This document shows, one piece after another, positions 16,048 to 22,673 of a stretch of DNA of 22,673 nt. The DNA lies in the IMG/VR virus record IMGVR_UViG_646564555_000004, one strand, 5' to 3'. The position numbers were made by a program, and so were the translations under genes. This DNA comes from a virus. The notes beneath the pieces were generated by a model. The model saw nothing but the letters and a program-made list of their open reading frames with translations, was not told where the DNA came from and ran no database searches. Positions within the stretch are counted from its first letter, which is position 1, and each line of letters begins with the position of its first letter.

Positions 16048-16323
16048 TCAGATCAGGAAGTGGAGGAACGCGGCGACCAGGAACAGGTCGATCGCGATGA
16101 TCCCCGGAATAGCGACCAACCGAAGCATGAATCCAAACGGTGGATACAGTGGTGCGTTCTTAACCCAGGTCTCTTCTTGGACCGCCTTGGTTATCTCGAG
16201 AGCATTGCGGATCAGTGCCCACCACGTCAGCAGTAGGACGACCGCAAACAGGAGGAGATAGGCCGCCAACGTGAGTGACTCGACCGGTGCCTCATAGAGC
16301 CGAATAAATGGATTCGATGTCAT
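16048..16323 (-). CDS. Small membrane protein with two TM segments (91 aa)
   Basis: Two long hydrophobic stretches. ATGA overlap with the upstream gene. Confidence 0.7.
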   Translation of the reverse strand: MTSNPFIRLYEAPVESLTLAAYLLLFAVVLLLTWWALIRNALEITKAVQEETWVKNAPLYPPFGFMLRLVAIPGIIAIDLFLVAAFLHFLI

Positions 16324-16532
16324 GCGTTCGTACAGTTGTGCTCTTCACGCTCTGACTCGAGTAGCTTCGAGCCGCAGTGGGAGCATTCGACGGTTCGATC
16401 CTCCGCAGGTCGGCCGTTGTTGAATTGTATATTTCGGGCCATGGGTGGCAGTTGCGATCGGTGGTCCTTGTCGAACTGAATGAAGTGCGAGACGTCTGTG
16501 CTGACGTCCTGGAACCCGTCAAGAGTCATCAT
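16320..16532 (-). CDS. Small zinc-finger protein (about 70 aa, start MMTLDG)
   Basis: C-terminal CSHC...H-N-C. It is the 3' part of the 16320..16781 ORF and overlaps the end of the upstream gene. Confidence 0.55.
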   Translation of the reverse strand: MMTLDGFQDVSTDVSHFIQFDKDHRSQLPPMARNIQFNNGRPAEDRTVECSHCGSKLLESEREEHNCTNA

Positions 16533-16863
16533 GCTCGTCGTCTCGGGGGCGGGTCTGACCACCATCCGTCGAGACGCGGATGTTCGTGACAGCGTTGACG
16601 ACGCGGTCGACTTCGAGCCCCCACATCCGACCGATGACGAGCCAGACGATCGATGTCGTCCCGATGACGAGCCAGTCTGGGGCAGGCTCTGCCCGGATGA
16701 CGAACATCGGACCGAGAACGACCGCAGCCCAGACGCCGAACAGGAACAGCGTTGCGACGGTCCGCTCGAACGACTCTTCATCAGGCATCAGTGCTCTCCC
16801 CAGGCAGACAAGTTCAATCTTCGCGCGGTACAGCGGATCGTCGGTGTTCGGTTTGACAGACAT
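16519..16863 (-). CDS. Two-TM membrane protein, holin-like candidate (about 114 aa)
   Basis: Two hydrophobic helices and a charged C-terminus. The start at 16863 (or 16872) adjoins the upstream stop. Confidence 0.55.
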   Translation of the reverse strand: MSVKPNTDDPLYRAKIELVCLGRALMPDEESFERTVATLFLFGVWAAVVLGPMFVIRAEPAPDWLVIGTTSIVWLVIGRMWGLEVDRVVNAVTNIRVSTDGGQTRPRDDEHDDS

Positions 16864-16864
16864 C

Positions 16865-17305
16865 TCATTCATCTCTCTCGATGGAGGCGACATCGATTCC
16901 ACAGCCCTCGAGAAGAACGCGGAGTTCGTACTCGTCGAGCCACGTCAGTCCCTCTTCGTGAACGTGGTCGGTCTTTGCTTCCCAGCGGTTCGCCTCGACG
17001 TGGCCGTTGATCTCGAGGTATCCGTCGACCGGTCGAGCCCGGAGGTGGTACTCGAGTGGTCGCCCGTCGACGGCAACGCCAGCTGGGCGGCGCATGTTGA
17101 GGACCTCGTCTTCGTACTTGAGCGACCAGCCGCTGGCGTCCTCGAAGTGGTGGCGTCGGAGTTGGTCCTCGAGGACGTCGACGCTAATCGCGAGCGTGAC
17201 GTGGTCGTGTTGTTCGGGCCATTCGACGGTCGCGTACCGACGTCGGAAATCCGCCTTCGCGAACTTCCAGTACCGGAAGGGGATGTGCTGGAGGATTTCG
17301 AGCAT
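16865..17305 (-). CDS. Hypothetical protein (146 aa)
   Basis: Coherent globular composition (YHLRAR, NGHVEANRW), coupled to its neighbours. Confidence 0.7.
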   Translation of the reverse strand: MLEILQHIPFRYWKFAKADFRRRYATVEWPEQHDHVTLAISVDVLEDQLRRHHFEDASGWSLKYEDEVLNMRRPAGVAVDGRPLEYHLRARPVDGYLEINGHVEANRWEAKTDHVHEEGLTWLDEYELRVLLEGCGIDVASIERDE

Positions 17306-17308
17306 CGG

Positions 17309-17818
17309 TCAGGCTCTCCACATCGCCATCTTCACCGCACACCGGAAGATCTCGGTGTCGTAACCGGCGTACTTGTCCAGTCCTTTCGCGATCCGGACGA
17401 ACTCCCGCAGCGTGTAACGGTCGAACTCGACGTTGGCCTCCTCGAGTCGGTTCGCGAGCGGCGCCGTCAGTCGCAGCGCCTGGACCTTCGACAGCGTCTC
17501 GTCGTCAGCCCAGCAGCCCACTCGAGCGCAAGAGCGGCAGGTCGTCCGGGCGATCGACGTCCGCTGCTGGCCGGGGCGGGTCGTGACACCGTCGACGGAC
17601 GTGTGGATTTGCTCGTCCGGTTCGAGGGTTGCAGCCGTAGTTCGGTGGTGCTCCTGGACATCGTGATCGTTGATGCCGCCGTTGAACGTCGCCTCCTCGA
17701 TTTCTTTGACAAGTTCGAAGCAGCCGTTACACACGCGAGGGGTGTGCCAGACGATGCGGTCGAATGCCCGCTGCGGCGAGACGTGGTCGTCCGCGGGGTG
17801 GGTTTCCGTTGTTGACAT
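17309..17818 (-). CDS. Zinc-finger-containing protein (169 aa, start MSTTETH)
   Basis: CNGC and CRSC pairs. First gene after the 17819-17995 intergenic region. Confidence 0.7.
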   Translation of the reverse strand: MSTTETHPADDHVSPQRAFDRIVWHTPRVCNGCFELVKEIEEATFNGGINDHDVQEHHRTTAATLEPDEQIHTSVDGVTTRPGQQRTSIARTTCRSCARVGCWADDETLSKVQALRLTAPLANRLEEANVEFDRYTLREFVRIAKGLDKYAGYDTEIFRCAVKMAMWRA

Positions 17819-17834
17819 GGCTGGAGAAAAGCGA

Positions 17835-17899
17835 TGCTGCAGGGCGGACGTGATCATCGTCGACGACGTCAGCGGTCGTCAACTCGACGCCCTGTAGCA
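17835..17899. repeat. Long intergenic inverted repeat (nested stem-loop)
   Basis: TGCTGCAGGGCG (17835-17846) pairs with CGCCCTGTAGCA (17888-17899) at 11/12. An inner TCGACGAC/GTCGTCAA pair lies at 17860-17867 and 17875-17882. Confidence 0.6.
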
Positions 17900-17995
17900 A
17901 TCGTATTGTTTTCGTGAAGGTCACCCGAGTTGATAAGGATAAGCGCGTGCGCCGATCTGGCGCACGTTTGTCTGAGAGGCTTGGTTTCGAACTCC

Positions 17996-18241
17996 TCAGG
18001 AGCTTTCAGTGATTTCGACTCGAACAAAACGGAGGTCGTCGTCACCATCGCGATCGCGACGAACGATGTCGGCGTCCTCGAGTCGAGTGAGTGCGCGATC
18101 CAATGTTCGGCGTGGCATCTCGGTTTCCTCCTGGAGTTCGTCGCGACGGATGGATCCACCGGCCTCCTCGATAACCCAGAGGAGGTGCTTCGCACTCCAT
18201 GGTAGCTCGTCGACATCGGGGGTGTGTTCGGGGAGGCTCAT
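17996..18241 (-). CDS. Winged helix-turn-helix protein (81 aa)
   Basis: IRRDELQEETEMPRRTLDRALTRLEDADIVRR is a MarR/TrmB-like wHTH pattern. Confidence 0.8.
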   Translation of the reverse strand: MSLPEHTPDVDELPWSAKHLLWVIEEAGGSIRRDELQEETEMPRRTLDRALTRLEDADIVRRDRDGDDDLRFVRVEITESS

Positions 18242-18316
18242 GGGCTTTGTTTCGTGGAGAGTGCCGCGGCTGGTCGTAAGCGGGCGAGCGCGGGGTCGAG
18301 ACGCCGGTTGAGGGCG

Positions 18317-21300
18317 TCAGTCACCCGAACCAGGACCGGCTTTCCAGTCCCAAACATCAGCCGGCTGATCACTCGAGCCGTCTTGAGGTCCTAGATCACC
18401 GTTGTCCGGGGTAGTCGGGTCGCGGATCGCCAACGCCCACCTACTAGAGTCTACGTAGGAGTCAGTTGGCGATTCCTGAATGTCACAAACGCCAGTATGA
18501 GGCAGTCCAGACTCGGAATACAGCGTCGCACCGTTCGATCCCAACCCTTCAGCAGCCTGGACAGCGTCGACGTTGACGAGTCGCTCGAGTGTCTGCCGGA
18601 CGTGCTCTTTCGAACAGTCGACGGCGTCGGCGAGCTCCCGCGCTGTTCGCGAGCGATGACTCGAACGAAGTTCGTCGACGATCGCCTCCTGGAGGTCAGA
18701 GTAGACCCACTCGACACCAGGCGTCTGGACGTCGGCGAAAGCAGCGGGCATCGCATCCGTTCGAACGAATACCGTCGCGGTCACGTCGGGATCGGTCGGA
18801 TCGCGAGCGTACCGACCGGCAGCCTGAGCGATGTGGTTCTCGCGAACGCTCGCGAGGATCTCTTGAGCAGTGTCGGCGTCGTCTCCCTCGAAGCCACGGC
18901 CACGTGCTCGGTACTCCTCCCCGGCGCTGTCGGTGGCGGTCTCAACTTCTGCCTCGAGGTCGAGTTCGGCGAGCAGATCCAGAACGTAGTCGTCGCCGGG
19001 ATCCATGCAGCCGTTGACGAGGCCGACGCGCTCGTGCTGGAAGTCGTTCCGTGACTTCTCCTCGCCGAAGTGCATCAACTCGGGACGGTGGCAGCCGGCC
19101 TCCTCCATCAACTCCTCGAGTCGATCCTCCACTTGTCCCGTCGTGATCGCCGTGCGGAACTGGGTGCCATACTCGTCGACGAGCTGGTCGAGCAGTACCT
19201 CAAGCTTGTCCTCGTTCAGCCACTCGAGCGCCTTGTCACCCGATAGCGGTCGGGTTGCGTCGCCAACCTGGACGACACGGAGTCCGCGTTCGTAGCGTCG
19301 CCACAGTTGCCGTGCTTCGGATTCGAGGACGTCGGTCGTTTTGATCCACGGGACGGTGTTGGCTTGCCACAGCGGCACTGCGGGGTGTGCGTCAAGTCCA
19401 ACGACAGATCGCGCAGCGCCGAAGTCAGGAACAGTCCGGACAGTCTGGACATCGTTGTTCTCGTCGAGGACGACGCTCACCCACTCGCGGTTCCAGTCGT
19501 CGTCATCGCGAACGCCGGCCTCGAGACGCGGTGGTTCGTGGCCTGTCTTCCCGAATCGGCGACCGTTGGCGCGATCTTCGGCACGGAAGATCGCCCTCGC
19601 GAGCGCTGGTGCGAGTGTGTGCGCATCCGGGCACTCGAAGTACCAGTCCCGATCGGGCTCGGTCCAGAGGACATCCTCAAGGGCATCGCGTTCGCGAGCG
19701 GCGTCACCCTGGTAGTCGTCGTGGAGTGAGAGTTGGATGAAGGCTTCCCAGGTCGTGACAGGGGCGTCGATCTCGCGAAGGTACGCGCCGATGGCGTCAC
19801 GAATACGGCTCGTCGAGAGATCGTCCTGTTCGTAGCTGGGCTCTTCATCGACGACGACGTTATTGTGCGAGCGGAGCCCGGGAGCAAACGCAAAGTTGTG
19901 CGTCGCGATGACGAGCGGCCAGTAGTCGAGTTCCCCGTCGGGTCCCTCGCGATACTTCTCCCACTGCGTGATCGCCGTACACCGATCACCGCCGCAAGGG
20001 AGTTCGACGCCCTGGTCGTTGTGCTCTTCGAGGTAACGATGCGCAGCGCTGAACGGCATCCCCTTGCCTTCACACTGGGCATCGAGCCAGTCGCTGGCGG
20101 GGTCGCCGTTGATCGTGATCTCGTCGTCGTGCTCGCCGGCGCAGACCGGGCAGGCTTCGTGGCGACCGAGCAGGACGTGGTACTGTCCGCTGTGCTCTTC
20201 GGCGACGTCGACGGCCTCGTCACGAGCGTCGCGTGTCTCGAGCAGGTGGACGACCGGCCGGTCACCGGTGATGTCTTCGCGAGCGCCCCAGCGCGTCGAC
20301 GCGATCGTGTAGGACTTCCCGAGCGATGTCGGGGCATCGACGATCTGCTCGTCTTCGTTGCGGATCACGTCGGCAATCGTCTCGAAGAGCTCTTCGCGAG
20401 CGTCGTCCGTCGACGGCCATTCGAGGCCGCGTTTCTTGGCGAACCGTCGGCGTTCCGTGGGCTTGAGTGCGTCTAACTGGGCGATCGGAAGCGCTGAAAC
20501 AGCGCGACCATCGCCATCTTGCGTATACGCGTCGTCGGAATCGTACTCAGGGATATCGAACCCGAGTTCGCGTAGTCGCTCGACACCGCGCCACCACGTC
20601 TCGCCGTCGACGGGACGGGCGTTCGCGGGGCGGATCTCGCCAGCGTCGATCGCGGCCATGGTGACGACGCCACCGTAGCCACCGAGTTCACCGGTGTCTT
20701 GCCAGCGCTCGTCGTTGACGATGTTCGCCGTCCCGCCGTCGGACAACGATCCCCACGTGGGCCAGAACGCTCGCTCGCCTTCGCTTGTGTTGGCGTCGTC
20801 GTTCCAGCGCTGGACGATCGTCTTTTTCGCGACGTGTTGAGCGTCGAGTCGATCGATTGCGTGGAAGATGTCGCGGATGTCGTCCGTGGTCTCGCTGCTC
20901 GAGGTTGTGTTCGGTTCGTAGTCCTCGAGATCGTAGTCCTCACGGTCGACCGAGACATCAGCCGGGTCGCGAGTGACCTTACGAGGGAGCTGGTCGTTGG
21001 CCTCCAGGAGGTCATCGAGAACGCTGTCGTCCCACTCGTTAATCTCGGTCGGCGTCCCGAGAACGTGCTCCCCGGTCATCACGCAGACACGCTTGCCGGG
21101 GTAGATCTCGATCGATGGGAGATCGTCGTTCTCACCCCATGGATCCTCGTCGATTCGCCAAGCCGCTTGCTTGACACCGTTGGGAAGTTCACCGCGATAG
21201 ATCGCGTGTGCACCACTGTCGGACTGAGAGACGTCGGCGTAGGTTATACCCAGGTGTTCGAGGATCGCGATGAACGCTGGATGGACATCGCCGGTCTCAG

Positions 21301-21835
21301 GACAGCGGACATCGTCACCGTCGACGTAGACGAACGGGTCGTCTTCGGTTTGGAGGAACGCGCGGCCGTCGAGTCGGGGATCGATCTCGGCCATCGCGAC
21401 GGCTTCGCCGTCGACGTAGTTGCCGTGGTAACCCCACTTGAACCGGGCATCGCAGTCGCATGTCGCAGCGGTGTCGTGGCCGTCTTTCGAACACTCCGCG
21501 GGTGCATCCTGGTCGCCCCAGGGGGCGAACGGTTTCTTCTCGATGTGGCCCATCCACTGCTCGCGCTCAAGCAACTCGCCGGGCCAGGTGTTCGGTTCAG
21601 GGTTGGCAAAGTCAGCATCTGCCCAGTGGTTCCAGGATACACCGCGATCGGTTGACCCCGTACGGCAGTGTCCATGAACAGGTCCCTGATCGTCCACCAG
21701 CTCACCGTCGACGATCGCCTCGGCCGCCTCGAGGTAGCTGGGATCAGCGTCAGCCAGCCAGAGCAATCGCTTGGGGCTGGCGTTCGGGTTGTTTTCGTGA
21801 GTGAAGCGAAGTCGCTCGACGACATCGTCGCTCAC
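18317..21835 (-). CDS. Replication protein: primase-polymerase (AEP) + SF2 helicase + C-terminal wHTH (1172 aa)
   Basis: AEP motifs VYVDGDD, DVSQSDSGAH and IEIYPGKRVCVMTG. Helicase motifs APTSLGKS, VVVDEEP and QAAGRYAR. HTH RTARELADAVDCSKEHVRQTLERL. GTG start overlaps the upstream TGA. Confidence 0.85.
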   Translation of the reverse strand: MSDDVVERLRFTHENNPNASPKRLLWLADADPSYLEAAEAIVDGELVDDQGPVHGHCRTGSTDRGVSWNHWADADFANPEPNTWPGELLEREQWMGHIEKKPFAPWGDQDAPAECSKDGHDTAATCDCDARFKWGYHGNYVDGEAVAMAEIDPRLDGRAFLQTEDDPFVYVDGDDVRCPETGDVHPAFIAILEHLGITYADVSQSDSGAHAIYRGELPNGVKQAAWRIDEDPWGENDDLPSIEIYPGKRVCVMTGEHVLGTPTEINEWDDSVLDDLLEANDQLPRKVTRDPADVSVDREDYDLEDYEPNTTSSSETTDDIRDIFHAIDRLDAQHVAKKTIVQRWNDDANTSEGERAFWPTWGSLSDGGTANIVNDERWQDTGELGGYGGVVTMAAIDAGEIRPANARPVDGETWWRGVERLRELGFDIPEYDSDDAYTQDGDGRAVSALPIAQLDALKPTERRRFAKKRGLEWPSTDDAREELFETIADVIRNEDEQIVDAPTSLGKSYTIASTRWGAREDITGDRPVVHLLETRDARDEAVDVAEEHSGQYHVLLGRHEACPVCAGEHDDEITINGDPASDWLDAQCEGKGMPFSAAHRYLEEHNDQGVELPCGGDRCTAITQWEKYREGPDGELDYWPLVIATHNFAFAPGLRSHNNVVVDEEPSYEQDDLSTSRIRDAIGAYLREIDAPVTTWEAFIQLSLHDDYQGDAARERDALEDVLWTEPDRDWYFECPDAHTLAPALARAIFRAEDRANGRRFGKTGHEPPRLEAGVRDDDDWNREWVSVVLDENNDVQTVRTVPDFGAARSVVGLDAHPAVPLWQANTVPWIKTTDVLESEARQLWRRYERGLRVVQVGDATRPLSGDKALEWLNEDKLEVLLDQLVDEYGTQFRTAITTGQVEDRLEELMEEAGCHRPELMHFGEEKSRNDFQHERVGLVNGCMDPGDDYVLDLLAELDLEAEVETATDSAGEEYRARGRGFEGDDADTAQEILASVRENHIAQAAGRYARDPTDPDVTATVFVRTDAMPAAFADVQTPGVEWVYSDLQEAIVDELRSSHRSRTARELADAVDCSKEHVRQTLERLVNVDAVQAAEGLGSNGATLYSESGLPHTGVCDIQESPTDSYVDSSRWALAIRDPTTPDNGDLGPQDGSSDQPADVWDWKAGPGSGD
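18426..18473. repeat. 48-bp imperfect palindrome inside the 3' end of the replication gene
   Basis: ATCGCCAAC-N5-CCTAC-TAGAGTCTAC-GTAGG-N5-GTTGGCGAT, with symmetric spacing. Confidence 0.75.
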
Positions 21836-22443
21836 GCCGACTCACCCCCTTTCCCGTTGGCGTGGATCCTTCCGTGCTCTTCAGCCGTCAATACCTCTAT
21901 ATTCGCTGGACGATTGTCCCATGGGATACCATTTTTATGATGGACGACCTTCTGGCCAACCTCCTCATATCCGTACTCGGAAACTGCCAACAACCGGTGA
22001 ACAGCAACCCTCTGTCTCTGGCCGTCTCTGAAGACTCTCCAACGAGCGTAGCCTTCGGTATCGACATCATAACGCGCTGGTTCGTGCAGGGCGCTTAATT
22101 TGACTGCTTCTGTACGTGATCGGCGTTCAATCCCGTGTTTGTCGAGCCATGTTCTAACTGTGGGAGCAGCACAGTCCAGCCTCTCAGCGAGGAATTCGGC
22201 TGATTGATTGTACTCAATGTATTGCTCGCGGAGCCAGCTTTCGTCTCTGAGTTCATCTGGCGTCTTTTCCCAGTTTGGTTCGCGTGTTTCAATCCCGTGT
22301 TCGTCTAGCCAACGACCAACGGTCTCGCTGGAGCAAGCCAACGTATCACTGATGTCGTGAATGCTGAGTTCACGTCCGATGTAGAGTTCTCGGAGGACCT
22401 CGGGGTCCCTCCACGGGTATTTTCGTCCACTGTACTCCGACAT
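21832..22443 (-). CDS. HNH endonuclease with two N-terminal HTH repeats (203 aa)
   Basis: Duplicated D..xLRExY...CS/A.xTV..WL..HGIE.R unit, then VHRLLA...VVHHKNGIPWDNRPANIEVL...H..IH (HNH_3-like). Confidence 0.88.
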   Translation of the reverse strand: MSEYSGRKYPWRDPEVLRELYIGRELSIHDISDTLACSSETVGRWLDEHGIETREPNWEKTPDELRDESWLREQYIEYNQSAEFLAERLDCAAPTVRTWLDKHGIERRSRTEAVKLSALHEPARYDVDTEGYARWRVFRDGQRQRVAVHRLLAVSEYGYEEVGQKVVHHKNGIPWDNRPANIEVLTAEEHGRIHANGKGGESA

Positions 22444-22673
22444 CAGAGACCCCCCTTAGAGAAGTCCCACAGTGTCGTTTGACCGTCGACATCTGGCCGT
22501 TCGACATCTTGGTCGTCACCAATTTCCGGAACGCCTTCTGTCCGCTCTTTGCCGATGTCTTCGGGATCGGTCGCGTAGACGACATCCTCGGCTTGCTTCT
22601 CGAGCTCAGGACGCTCGGTGATGTACTGGACGGTACCGTCGAGCGGAGCCCCCTCGTAAGAACGTCCGCTCAT
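22443..22673 (-). CDS. Small acidic protein with C-terminal QTTLWDF motif (76 aa)
   Basis: Complete ORF ending in a TGATG overlap with the HNH gene. The C-terminal motif is PIP-box-like. Confidence 0.7.
   Translation of the reverse strand: MSGRSYEGAPLDGTVQYITERPELEKQAEDVVYATDPEDIGKERTEGVPEIGDDQDVERPDVDGQTTLWDFSKGGL

Larger units (their letters stand above)
1..22673 (-). mobile_element. Haloarchaeal tailed virus/provirus (Caudoviricetes, siphovirus-type) segment: replication, packaging, head and tail modules
   Basis: Canonical order TerS-TerL-portal-protease-MCP-connectors-tail tube-chaperone-tape measure, all co-oriented and tightly coupled. Proteins are D/E-rich. No tail sheath gene. No integrase or att site in the window. 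Confidence 0.95.

Noticed and set aside
16292-16522. Alternative 76-aa minus-strand ORF
   Set aside because: The overlapping frame 16320..16532 has a zinc-finger motif and an ATGA junction with the next gene, so it is the better call.
17303-17311. In-frame TGA-CCG-ATG junction suggesting readthrough fusion
   Set aside because: Ordinary tight spacing. No supporting signal is visible.
16580-17815. 411-aa plus-strand ORF
   Set aside because: Codon-aligned antisense to two same-frame minus-strand genes, with no recognisable motifs.
17992-18002. CTCCTCAGGAG palindrome
   Set aside because: Five-bp arms overlapping a stop codon are expected by chance.
17905-18256. Similar CACGAAACAA / CACGAAAACAA motifs upstream of two minus-strand units
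   Set aside because: Only two short copies, and A-rich pre-start sequence is common. Insufficient support.
1-22673. Integrase/att sites, tRNA, CRISPR array, inteins, tail sheath, invertible fibre cassette
   Set aside because: None is supported by the sequence in this window. Recurrent GTCGAC/CTCGAG-type words reflect Asp/Glu/Val codon usage, not arrays.

Overview
The whole window is a contiguous piece of a tailed dsDNA virus or provirus genome (HK97-fold capsid, non-contractile siphovirus-type tail). The highly acidic proteins, high GC and GGAGGTGA-type ribosome-binding sites point to a haloarchaeal host. Almost all genes are on the minus strand and joined by ATGA, TGATG or TAAC-ATG junctions. 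In transcription order (right to left): a small protein with a PIP-box-like C-terminus; an HTH-HTH-HNH endonuclease; a 1172-aa primase-polymerase/SF2-helicase/wHTH fusion; a wHTH regulator; small zinc-finger and membrane proteins; HNH; TerS; TerL; KTSC; portal; prohead protease; major capsid protein; head-tail joining proteins; tail tube; tail chaperone; a short tape-measure candidate; tail-tip genes; and a LamG lectin adhesin. The most striking feature is the only credible plus-strand gene, an intact rhomboid intramembrane protease inserted directly behind the tape-measure gene. Features missing from the ORF track include an in-frame G GGA AAC -1 frameshift with a downstream hairpin in the tail chaperone, a probable nested scaffold start in the protease gene, a 48-bp palindrome inside the replication gene (origin candidate) and a structured leader before the late genes. 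No integrase or att site is visible, so provirus versus free virus cannot be decided. All family assignments come from motifs read by eye and gene order; no database search was run. GC values are manual spot counts.
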